Shown here: positions 1 through 9,147 of the stretch, piece by piece
How the letters are laid out: the number at the start of each line of letters is the position of its first letter
Numbering within the stretch: position 1 is the first letter of the stretch
Assembly (NCBI GenBank): GCA_964016885.1
Contig: OZ024741.1
Location: 26,288,001 to 26,352,000 of the forward strand
Length of the DNA: 64,000 bases
Reading direction: 5' to 3'
From: Eledone cirrhosa
Taxonomy: Eukaryota
Position numbers and translations under genes: made by a program
The notes under the pieces: model-generated
Told to the model about the DNA's origin: nothing
Seen by the model: only the letters and a program-made list of their open reading frames with translations
The model's database searches: none

Positions 1-290
1 GAGACTACTTTCTAGTAGGTGAGGTGACCACAGAGCAGTTTGGTACTAGGTAGAGACTACTTTCTAGTAGGTGAGGTGACCACAGCTGTTTGGTACTAGG
101 TAGAACTACTTTCTAGTAGGTGAGGTGACCACAGAGCAGTTTGGTACTAGGTAGAGACTACTTTCTAATAGGTGAGGTGACCACAGAGCAGTTTGGTACT
201 AGGTAGACACTACTTTCTAGTAGATGAGGTGACCACAGAGCAGTTTGGTACTAGGTAGAGACTACTTTCTATCAGGTGAGGGGACCACAA
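1..290. repeat. 52-bp tandem repeat (about 5.5 copies, truncated by window start)
   Basis: Unit GAGACTACTTTCTAGTAGGTGAGGTGACCACAGAGCAGTTTGGTACTAGGTA repeated from position 1, with small indels. Confidence 0.95.
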
Positions 291-679
291 AGAGTAGTGA
301 TGGGGAACCTGTTGCCTTAAAGCCACATATGGCCTTCTATGTCATTCTGCCTTTTGAAAGAATAAAAAATTTCCAACATATTTAAAATTTTTATTAATGT
401 TTTTGTCTATTGTAATTTATTAAAGTTTTTGTCTATTGTAAATACCAAAGAGTAAAAGAGAATTCAACGAAATAATCCACACTGACAGACAGCCAGAATT
501 AAAATATGTAATTATGGTTTTTTGAATGGGGCCTTATTATATTACAAGTAACTTAATGTGGCCTTTTGTATGAAAAAGGTTCCACAGCTATGGCATAAAG
601 GATCCTTGGCTTGTTTAGGACTGGGGGTAGTAAGTAGGGTGAGGTAAAATGTGGATTGAGGTAGTTAGAAAAACCTAAG

Positions 680-812
680 GTGATAGTGGTGTTGGAGATA
701 GTTGAAATGGTGGTAGTGATGGTGATAGTTGTAATGGTGATAGTGATGATGGTGGTGATGGTGGTGATAGTTGTAAATATGATGGTGGTGGTGGTGATGG
801 TAACAATGTTGA
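680..812. repeat. Degenerate (GGT/GAT)n trinucleotide low-complexity tract
   Basis: Runs of gtgatggtggtgatag; explains the Thr/Ile-rich ORF 553-822. Confidence 0.85.
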
Positions 813-918
813 GAATTACCACAATTTTTTAATATATTTTATTATTTCAGTTCTGTTTTTTACTCATTGTTTCCCTGTCTATGATTATTTCAGTATTAAA
901 GTTGTGATTCTATTCAAG

Positions 919-1095
919 ATGATCGCTAGCAATTTACGCAGTCAGGTTGTAGCATCAGTAGTGATCTCGGCCACAGTTTTAATCAAAACCATTCCTGAAA
1001 CTCTGGGACTCAGCAAATACAGAGAATTTTTCCAGTTTTATGATGGAACAGAAACTTTACCAATAGACAATGATACCAAAGAACTTATAGAAGAG
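919..1095 (+). CDS. TMEM177: Transmembrane protein 177, coding exon 1 (59 codons, phase 0)
   Basis: ATG at 919 after acceptor TTTCAG (888-893); ends GAG|GTAGG at 1095/1096; splices in frame to the 1191 exon across a 95-nt GT-AG intron with a long pyrimidine tract. Confidence 0.85.
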
Positions 1096-1190
1096 GTAGG
1101 GCCAGTTCTTCTTCTTTTCCTCCTCTTCCTCCTTCTTTGTTTTGGGGTTTTTATTTTCATCTCACTTTTTTTTGTCTTTTCTTTTTGTAG

Positions 1191-1934
1191 ACTCTCTTCA
1201 AAATGGATCTTGATCCCCATGTGGAGAGTGGGTTGGACACATTTGTTAACTATGGTCAGAATACTCTTCACAAAGGTAGTTTACACATAAAGACTGGTGG
1301 TATAGTTGGTCTACCCATCTTCTTCAGGTACAAACAGTTCTCAGATATCCACATATCACATATAACAGTGAAAAACAAATCTATTGATTGGAATTCAGAA
1401 AATGGCCAGAAATTCTCAAATTCCTTAATTTTGAGTGACAAAGCTAAAAAGTTTGCAATTGCACGGGAAATTTATTACACTGCAGACCACAACATCTCCA
1501 TTGACTGTAGCCTGCTGCTATTTAACTTGAGTGCAGCTTACTGCACATATTTTGCAATGAATAACATTTACCGCCTCAATCAAAGACTGAAGTTGTTTGG
1601 CAAGGTTTCTTTAGCGAGTTCTTTCTATATTGTGGCATTAGGAAGTTACTTTTTCATGCATGACTTATATCAGCGCCAAAGAGACTGGAAAGCTGATTCA
1701 AAAGCTGCAAAACTGGGGAAGGACTACAATGAAGGAGGAGTAACATTTTATGACTTGATGCTGCAGAGAAATTCAGCTTTGTATAACTTACTTGGTGACG
1801 ATGGCAAGAAATTTTATACTCCATTTGGCAATGAGAAGATTTCTATTAGAATGAAAACTTTGCCAATAACTGCTCGTAGAGATTTTATGAAGGAAACTCT
1901 AACTAAACAAACAGAAGAAAAGATACCAAGTTGA
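1191..1934 (+). CDS. TMEM177: Transmembrane protein 177 (mitochondrial inner membrane, COX2 biogenesis), coding exon 2; total about 306 aa
   Basis: Acceptor TTTTTGTAG ends at 1190. Motifs GGIVGLP, IDWNSENG, LILSDKAKKFAIAREI, GGVTFYDLMLQRNSALYNLLGDDGKKFYTPFGN and LPITARRD match TMEM177 as I recall it (human VVGIP, VDWRSPAG, LTLSREAQKFALAREV, GGVEFYEKLLSGNLALRSLLGKDGEKLYTPSGN, LPYTTRRD). Confidence 0.93.
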   Translation, partial: TLFKMDLDPHVESGLDTFVNYGQNTLHKGSLHIKTGGIVGLPIFFRYKQFSDIHISHITVKNKSIDWNSENGQKFSNSLILSDKAKKFAIAREIYYTADHNISIDCSLLLFNLSAAYCTYFAMNNIYRLNQRLKLFGKVSLASSFYIVALGSYFFMHDLYQRQRDWKADSKAAKLGKDYNEGGVTFYDLMLQRNSALYNLLGDDGKKFYTPFGNEKISIRMKTLPITARRDFMKETLTKQTEEKIPS

Positions 1935-2164
1935 TATTAATCCAGTTTACAAGTTAATAATAAATTTTGAAAATATGTTAGCCTGAGAAAATATCCAGAG
2001 AGAGGACTTTTGAAGTTTTTATTTTAACCTTTTTCAATGCCACATCAGTTCTCAGCTCAGCTCTATCCAGTGCTCTGTTTTCAACATAAAATATCACATT
2101 TTTCTTTATTTAGTTGTGAGTGAATGAAGTTTAGCCAACTCATTACATATAGCAACATGAAAGT

Positions 2165-2292
2165 GTATGGCCTAGTGGTTAGAGTGTTGGGTTCACAATT
2201 GTGGGTTTGATTCCCTTGGATTGATTGGTGTGTTGTGTTCTGGAGCAAAGTACGTTATTTTATGTTGCTTCAGTCCACTCAGCTGAAAAATG
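2165..2292 (+). mobile_element. Degenerate tRNA-derived SINE (head and body)
   Basis: A box TGGCCTAGTGG and B-box-like GGTTTGATTCC, followed by a SINE-like body (gtgttctggagcaaag...cagtccactcagctg). Confidence 0.65.
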
Positions 2293-2314
2293 TAAAGAGA
2301 CAGAGACAAACACA

Positions 2315-2633
2315 CTCTTGGGTCTCAAATAATTGTCCCCCACACCCCTTATTAATTTTTCAGATTTTTTCACCTTATTAAATTTTACTAATCTATTTCC
2401 GGCGAAATTTTATTTGAAGTGGTAGCATTCTTGTGACAATTTTATTTATACATTAAAAAACATTATACATGATAAAAAACTACATTACTAGAAATCCCAT
2501 ATGTTATAAAATAAATAGGATGGTTGGGGTCTCAATATGTAAACTAAACAACTAATTCTCGTTTATAAAAAAATGAATGCAAACAACCTGGAAAAATTCC
2601 CCCACCCCCACCCTATTATTTGGGACCCGAGAG
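2315..2633 (+). mobile_element. MITE (Tc1/mariner/pogo-type non-autonomous element), about 320 bp
   Basis: TIRs CTCTTGGGTCTCAAATAAT...ATTATTTGGGACCCGAGAG, TA on the right flank; homologous copies at 3.7 kb, 12.5 kb and 61.7 kb. Confidence 0.8.
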
Positions 2634-3283
2634 TATATACATTTACAGGTAGAACACCAATTAACATTTGTACCTTCATGTTATTATAGTTGAGGGGTAG
2701 GGAAAGTGTTTCCAACTTCGTAATATGTTTCAAATGAATAATTATATAATCCAACATGTACCTGGAACCAAAAGTATTGGAAAATCATTAGTGTACCTAT
2801 ATATATATAAGGAAGGATCCCGACCCCTGGAGTCCCATGATATAATGGTGGCTATGACTTTGGTGTAAGGGATGGGGAGAGACCCAGGCTCCTGGAGTTC
2901 TGTGAGGTAAATAAACTGACAATTTGCAAGGAAACCAACCACCTGATTACCTACCTGTCAGGTGTACACACAACACAGATAAATTATATTCTCACAAGAA
3001 ATTAAGACAACTGATGGTTGAAAATGTTAAGTCTCTCTCTTGAGATGAATGTTCTACTAACATAGGCCAGTGAGTAATGAATGACTTTATAGTTAGAGCT
3101 AGACAAGCAAAGACATAGAAATGAAGTGTGCATTAGATATGTTCCTAGATGAAAGATAGGATGGCCATGGCTGGATGTACTGTAACAGGGCCAACATGAG
3201 ACTAAACAACAACATACACAGAAATAACAATAACAAACCAAATGAACATTATCATTTATTTGTCTCTGAGTTAATAAAGTATC

Positions 3284-3470
3284 ATCACCATCATCATGTA
3301 ACGTCCATTTCTCCACACTAGCATGGGTCAGACGAGTTGTCCCGTTGTGATACAAGCCAGGTCAGATGATCATGTCTTGCTCATACAGAACTGATTTGGG
3401 CTTCGTTTCTATAGCTGGATACTCTTCCTAACATCAACCACATTTACAGTGTGTACTGGGTGCTTTTTGT
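3284..3470 (-). mobile_element. Short retroelement with RTE-type (GAT)n 3' tail
   Basis: catcatcatg...tccacactagcatgggt...ctggatactcttcctaacatcaaccac; same family as 5435-5612, 16925-17092 and the end of the RTE at about 19.0 kb. Confidence 0.7.
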
Positions 3471-3714
3471 CTTGACAACTTTATTTATGGCACACAAGTA
3501 TGATAAGGTTAGTTGTTTGTTGTCCCCTAACCAGATGTATCCATTCATGGGTTATTGCATCAATAAAGTGCTTTTCCATGTTGTAACGTGTTAAATAATT
3601 TTGGTACTAATAAATAAAGCACCAATCCAGGTCAGGTGTATTAATGAAATCGTTAGAATGTCAGATGACATACCTTGCAGTACTCTCAGTAATGCCCCCC
3701 CTCCCCTCTCCCCC

Positions 3715-3870
3715 AGATAATTCATTTTTGAGATTTTTTAAATAGAAATCTCGTGTTATAAAATAAATAGGATGGGTTGGGGTCTCAATATGTAAACTAA
3801 ATAACGAATTCTGGTTTTTAAAAAAATCAACGGAGACAACCTAGGAAAATGACCCCCTCCCCCAACACAC
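3715..3870 (+). mobile_element. Internally deleted copy of the 2315-2633 MITE family
   Basis: Shares tagaaatc...gttataaaataaataggatgg...ggggtctcaatatgtaaactaaa with 2490-2600. Confidence 0.75.
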
Positions 3871-3970
3871 ACATTGTTTGTTGTATAATCATTAATTCAG
3901 TCATCTAACAATAGTTTCATGGTTCCAGTGTTGTCAGAGATCCTGTCACAGATTGGTGTTTATATTATCA

Positions 3971-4194
3971 TCAAAACAAGATACTGTAAACAGTAAAAAG
4001 GAAACTCAGAGTGTTAAATTTTCCCAATGAAGCTCCATTGCAAAGATTTTGTAAACAAAAACAATAAAATTTTGGTTCTTCCACAGTTGGAATCTGACTA
4101 ATATTGCGACAGCCTTCTTGGTAATTTATATCCAAAAGATCAAAGTATTTTTTTTGCTCAGTGGTGACACATTTGCGATCAACTTTTAGAAGCT
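3971..4194 (-). CDS. Ly6/uPAR three-finger protein (quiver/sleepless-like), last coding exon with GPI signal
   Basis: Minus-strand acceptor TTTTTTAG| at 4195; phase-1 frame reads (E)LLKVDRKCVTTEQKKYFDLLDINYQEGCRNISQIPTVEEPKFYCFCLQNLCNGASLGKFNTLSFLFTVYSILF*, containing CxCxxxxCN followed by a hydrophobic C-terminal tail. Confidence 0.9.
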
Positions 4195-4617
4195 CTAAAA
4201 AATAAAACAGTAATATATCTTATATGAAGCATTGTGAAATATGTGGTTAGGATTGTTTCGGGAAAGCCAGTACGATGTTAGGTAGAAGTACAGGAGTGAA
4301 ATAAAAATAAAAAAAGCAACAGTTTACACTTTTACCTTATATTTCATGATATTTCAGAGTTATGACCTCTCTTTCATAAGAAAAGAATTGGAGAGTGGTA
4401 TATTGTGATGAGCTGAGTTCTGTGGTGATATTGGGTTGGAGAAGTAATGACATGTGCAGACATAGTTATAACAACCAATCAGCTTCATGTAATTCATGTT
4501 TTGTTAATGAGAAGTCTTAACTTATTGATAGGGATTGCCTCTTTCATTTATAAGTTTCCAATGTTTTGTTCTGTGGTAACAAATCAAACTTATCTGATAA
4601 GTTAAATTATATTTCAC

Positions 4618-4905
4618 TCATCATCATCGTTTTTACATCCATTTTTCCACACTTGCATCAGGTGGACAGGTCCTTCCTCAGCATCTCTCCACTTGTTATG
4701 TTTCTTTGTCATCAGCTATGTGAGGTCAGCTCTCACCACCTCTACTCAGGGCTTTCTTGGTTTATCTCTACTGCAGCTTCCTTCCACTGGCAATTCCGGA
4801 CACTTCTTCATCCATCAATCATCATTCATGTGCATCACATGTCAGTCTTCTCTCCTGTACACCACCTCGGATTCCTCTTAAACCCAGTTTCTCCCTCAGA
4901 TCACC
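4618..4905 (-). mobile_element. RTE-clade LINE 3' fragment
   Basis: Minus strand reads LREKLGLRGIR..VQERRL..HVMHMNDD..MKKC..EGSCSRDKPRK, then a (GAT)n tail; homologous to 13860-14090 and 18300-18600. Confidence 0.7.
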
Positions 4906-5434
4906 CAAGCTCTTGATATATATGGGAATATTTATCTAAACATCTCTTAAATATGCTGTGATGGAACTTGTGAGTGGTCGAGCCCTAGGTCTGTCTTGAT
5001 CAAAGACATCCAGCTGTGACCACCCTGTCTCATATTCTAAGAAGATAGGTTGTGATTTGAGGGAGATGTAACTGTTATTTCTAGCAAGTCAACATGCAGC
5101 AAGAAACTCCCTCATTGCATGATTTACAGTTTTGGTTGTAGTTAAACTGTTACATTGTATTAACAGAATCCAAGGTAGACTGTGTAGAGTTAAGTCCATG
5201 GGCTGTACTTGTAATCCAAAGGTTTAGCTTTGTCACTTTGTTCCACACTGATTCTACCAAAGGATTAAGGGTACTTGTGGAATACTAGCCACCAGTATGC
5301 TAATGAACAACTGAATGCTCATCATTGAAACTGATGGAGGACCCATCATGTTACAACATAGCAAATAGCCAATGCTGAACATAATCTGGTGTGGTATGAG
5401 AAAAAGAACACAAATTGAATGACAAAAAATACTC

Positions 5435-5612
5435 ATCATCATCACCGTTTAATGTCTTATTTTCCATGCTAGCATGGGTCAGACGGATCGTCCACCCTAT
5501 GAGGCATGTCTGGTCAAATGGCCGTGCTCTATCTTGCTTAAATGGTACTGTATTTTAGCTAGGTTTTTACAGGTGAATGCCCTTCCTAACACCAACTACG
5601 TTTATAGTGTGG
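5435..5612 (-). mobile_element. Short retroelement with RTE-type (GAT)n 3' tail
   Basis: catcatcatcaccgtttaatgtc...ttccatgctagcatgggtc...atgcccttcctaacaccaac. Confidence 0.7.
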
Positions 5613-5629
5613 AACTGGGCTAATAAAGA

Positions 5630-5838
5630 CTTCTAATTTAGATACAAGGCCAGCAATTGTTGGGAAGGGGAAGTTGATTAAATCGACCCTAGTGCATTAC
5701 TGGTACTTTATTTTATCAACCCTGTAAGGATGAAAGGCAAAGCTAACCTCAGTGAGATTTGAACTCAGAACATAAAGGGCTGAAACTCTATGCTGTGAAG
5801 CATGTCTGATGCTCTACCGATTCTGCTAATACACAACC
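5630..5838 (-). mobile_element. tRNA-derived SINE, older longer subfamily
   Basis: Homologous to 61520-61698 but carries an extra ggggaagttgattaaatcgaccc segment. Confidence 0.8.
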
Positions 5839-5943
5839 ATGGAGATGATAATAATAATGGTGGTATTTCTCTGGAAGAAAAAAATGGCATTACAATGATA
5901 AAAGAAAATTATGAAATATATAAGATATTCTTGAAAGTCTTAC

Positions 5944-6060
5944 CATTATAATCCAGTGTTGTTTGACATATCTCGCAGCCTGAGGCAATGGTGTACTTGT
6001 CTACAGTGAAGTTTAGCACAAGTGAACATTGGTGACATACATAACAATTGATGTTGACCA
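5944..6060 (-). CDS. Ly6/uPAR three-finger protein, coding exon 2 (phase 1-1, 117 nt)
   Basis: Acceptor ATTTCAG| at 6061 and donor |GTAAG at 5943; reads (V)VNINCYVCHQCSLVLNFTVDKYTIASGCEICQTTLDYN, with the N-terminal CYxC motif. Confidence 0.9.
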
Positions 6061-6104
6061 CTGAAATATAGGACGAACAAGAAATGACAAGGCAATCTAT
6101 ATAT

Positions 6105-6450
6105 CTTCTTCTCTCACTTATTCTTGAGAGGGTCGTGGGGGCAGAGTCCTCAAACACTCCTTTTACTGGGTTCTGTCAAGCAACCGTCTCCAACTGATTT
6201 AACTGGATCCCCAAGTGAGACCAGCCAAGCTCATGGATGTTATCCAATCATCTTGCTCGGGGTCTCCTGCCTGTTGGGTTTGCCCATAAAATCTGTCCAG
6301 CAATTCTTTCCTGAGACATTCTAACCACATGCCGATAGTATCAGACCTGTGATATTTCAATTCGGAGATGTAGTGACTGATCTCCAAACTATGCACTCTA
6401 TTGAGTAACGTTACTCCAAAAACCCTTCGAAGGAATTCACAAGCACTGAT
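6105..6450 (-). mobile_element. RTE-clade (Expander/Rex3-like) LINE 3' fragment
   Basis: FLRRVFGVTLLNRV; near-copy of 19960-20412 in the opposite orientation. Confidence 0.75.
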
Positions 6451-6908
6451 ACCATCTATTCCTGTGTCTACCAGATAACTATGAATGTTGTTAGACAATA
6501 ATCTGACCTCATCATCATAGCAGCCTTCAATCATACTTGTTGAAAAGTATGTATATATAGATTCGTAATTCATGTTGGAGTTGTAGGGGTGCTGTAGTCA
6601 CATACAGCATATCTTAGGTATTTAAAAAAACCTGACAGAACCAATCTGCTCTACAGGTCTGAACATACTAGATCTCTTGCAGAGAGAGAGTGATAGAGAC
6701 GAAATAAGAAATACTTCCGTTGACCCTTGTAGTGTGTGGCCACTTGTAGTGGGTGGTCGTTTTTGTTTTTGTTTCCCTTTTTTCTCTTTTCTCTCGCTCT
6801 GATCATATATTTTGGTGTGTTGTATTTGTGAGGTTCTTAGCAATGGTTTATTTATTTATTATATGTGTTTATAATTTCATTCTGAAAGAATTGTGAACGA
6901 ACAATAAT

Positions 6909-7096
6909 TGTTTCTACTTTAGGCACAAGGCCAGCAATTACCCAGTGCATTACTGGTACTTTATTTTATCGACCCCGTAAGGATGAAAGGCAAAGTTAAC
7001 CTAGGCGGGATTTGAACTCGGATCATAAAGGGAGGTAACTCTATGCTTCAAAGCATGGCGCCCGACCCTCTACCAATACTGCCAATCCACCACCCT
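6909..7096 (-). mobile_element. tRNA-derived SINE with 9-bp TSD
   Basis: Minus strand has A box TGGCAGTATTGG and B box GAGTTCAAATCC; flanked by AACAATAAT at 6900-6908 and 7097-7105. Confidence 0.9.
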
Positions 7097-7224
7097 AACA
7101 ATAATGGCAGTGTCACAGCATGGCCTGAGCCTGTCGGCTGGAACATGTAAACATAATAGAATGATAGAGAATTTGTAATGTTATTTATACAACTGTGAAT
7201 AAAATAACTACTAGACATAGAGGA

Positions 7225-7386
7225 AGAATCAACCCCAGTAGTAAACTGGTACTTTTTCCATCGATCTCGAAAAGATGAAAGGCAAAGTTGATTATGACCG
7301 AGTTTGAACTCAGAATACAGAGGACCAGAATAAATACCGTAAAGTATTCTATCTACCATTCTAACAACTCTACAAATGTATCGCCT
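7225..7386 (-). mobile_element. Degenerate copy of the same tRNA-SINE family
   Basis: ctggtact...gatgaaaggcaaagttga...tttgaactcagaa. Confidence 0.7.
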
Positions 7387-7517
7387 ATACTTGTTGAAAT
7401 GGTGATGGATAAATCTCTAAATATATATAATACACATTGAAAACGTCCGTCTCGTATTTAGAGTGGGTCAGGGGTAAGGAAATATGGAGGATGTCTCAGT
7501 TCTAATATAGACATTAC

Positions 7518-7742
7518 TCTTCAAATACCGGTCGTTCTCCGACAGGTTTGCGGTTGTACCCTTGGCAGTGGAGACTTCTGGTGTCCTCCGTCCTAGGGCT
7601 ACCTCCCTACTCACCACCATAGGCGCTGAGCTGGCCAGCCGCAGGTGTGAGCCCCGCGAGTTGGAGTGGCTTTTCCAGCGCGTCTCCCTTGCGTCCTCTG
7701 GGGAAACACCTCCATTCTGTCCGCCGGGGCTGTGGGGAGGCC
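7518..7742 (+). mobile_element. CRE-clade non-LTR retrotransposon, 3' fragment of the RLE domain
   Basis: KY...LAVETSGVLRPRATSLLTTIGAEL..RELEWLFQRVSLA; highly similar to 13210-13440. The AT-rich sequence that follows is probably the 3' UTR. Confidence 0.75.
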
Positions 7743-8018
7743 ACCAATATCATTGACTGACTTGTCATTTTATCAGATGGATATCATTTATTTAAATGAT
7801 AAATATAGACATTTAGTTCATGATTGGCTTTGTTTTTATGAATGTATTATTTACACGATGGTCACGAGATGTTTTGTTTATTGTTGGCTTTGTTTCCTGT
7901 GTGTATTATTTATGTATAGGGCATTCAATAGTTACTTTACGTTTGTTCTAAGTATAGCTACGTTCAGATTTATGTATTTGACAGTCCTACTTGCTTATTT
8001 ATATACAAAAATGTATAC

Positions 8019-8269
8019 TGTGGGTATGGTGTGGCGTGCGGTGACCGGAAGCGGGGTAGTGCTTGACTGGAAGGATGCTTGGCCGGAAGGATGCTCGACT
8101 GGAAGGACCAGCAGAGGGCCTCTCTAGTGGTGACCAGCAACGGTGTAGACGCGAGTTTTGGCAGCTCCCGGTGTTAAGCAGTTGAACGCATGTGGAAGAG
8201 GAGTAACCTGCAGTGGAATTTAGCGGCGCCTATGAAAAGCGGTAAGTGAGATAGCTTTTTCTAACCACA
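8019..8269 (+). repeat. 5' LTR (251 bp)
   Basis: About 13 substitutions versus the 3' LTR by manual count; contains three 16-bp TGCTCGACCGGAAGGA-like subrepeats. Confidence 0.97.
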
Positions 8270-8281
8270 AGCTATTTCGGC
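8270..8281 (+). promoter_or_regulatory. Putative primer-binding site complementary to nt 1-12 of tRNA-Phe(GAA)
   Basis: AGCTATTTCGGC abuts the 5' LTR; its reverse complement GCCGAAATAGCT is the 5' end of metazoan tRNA-Phe. Confidence 0.55.
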
Positions 8282-8390
8282 ACTGGAAACAGATCTGATT
8301 GAAATAAAAAAAAAAAAATTAAAAAAAGCTACTGGAAAAACAGAGGAGTCTGTTGTTTTTTTTATCACGTACCGCAAGACAAATTAGAAG

Positions 8391-9147
8391 ATGGCGACAA
8401 GACTACGAACAAGCGAAGCTATCAGGGCATTTACCGGGGAAGGTGATGTCGCTTGGCTGCGAAAAGTCCGGCTGGTCGCAAGCTTGCGGAAGATAGAAGA
8501 TGTGGCTGGCCTCATGGCACTGTACCTCGAGGGGGACGCGTTGGTACTCTTCCTTGAGTTGGACGAATACAGCCAAAGAGATGCGCAAAAGATTGAGAGG
8601 CGCATGATAGATGCATTCGCAGAGGGACCGTTGGCGGCTTTTGCTAAGCTGGCGAAAATTAGATGGAATGGTAAATGCGTCGACATTTTCGCAGCGGAAA
8701 TACGGCGATTGGCTATGTTGGCTGGATATCAGGTGGAATGCGAACGCAAGGTGCGGTTGGCGTTCATAAATGGATTTCCAGATGACATAGCGGTGAAACT
8801 GCAGCAAGTCCCAGGTTACAAAGAAATGGAAATTCGTTCACTGGTGGAACAAGCCCGGATCATAGCAGAAGATGCCAAAAAGAGTGTTGCGGCGATAGCA
8901 ACTACAGAGGCTCAAGACAGCTGGCAGCGAAATGGTGAAAGGGAGGCAACCACGGCACGCGGTCACCCGCGAACGTTTAGAGGTCGCTGTTTTCGGTGCC
9001 AGGGCCCGCACATGGCTAGAGACTGCAGAGTCAAGGCCGGAAATAATATGCTACCGGTGTAAGCGACCAGGCCACATCGCTACTAACTGCGACCAGGGAA
9101 ACGATCCAAGGGGAACTACTGCGCCGGTAGTTGCCCCTTACGAGTAG
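8391..9147 (+). pseudogene. gag: Gypsy gag with two zinc knuckles, frameshifted between them
   Basis: ORF 8391-9062 ends with CFRCQGPHMARDC; the second knuckle CYRCKRPGHIATNC lies in the frame of ORF 8932-9147. Confidence 0.9.

Noticed and set aside
553-822. Thr/Ile-rich mucin-like ORF
   Set aside because: Translation of a trinucleotide low-complexity tract.
904-1290. 128-aa ORF with an apparent transmembrane segment
   Set aside because: The hydrophobic stretch is read-through of the pyrimidine-rich TMEM177 intron 1096-1190.
2165-2220. tRNA gene
   Set aside because: A and B boxes are present but there is no cloverleaf; it continues into a SINE body.
5254-5390. Possible alternative last exon of the Ly6 gene (acceptor-like CAG, CC, hydrophobic tail)
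   Set aside because: In the phase needed after exon 2 it stops after 11 codons; the hydrophobic frame is out of phase and lacks the terminal CN.
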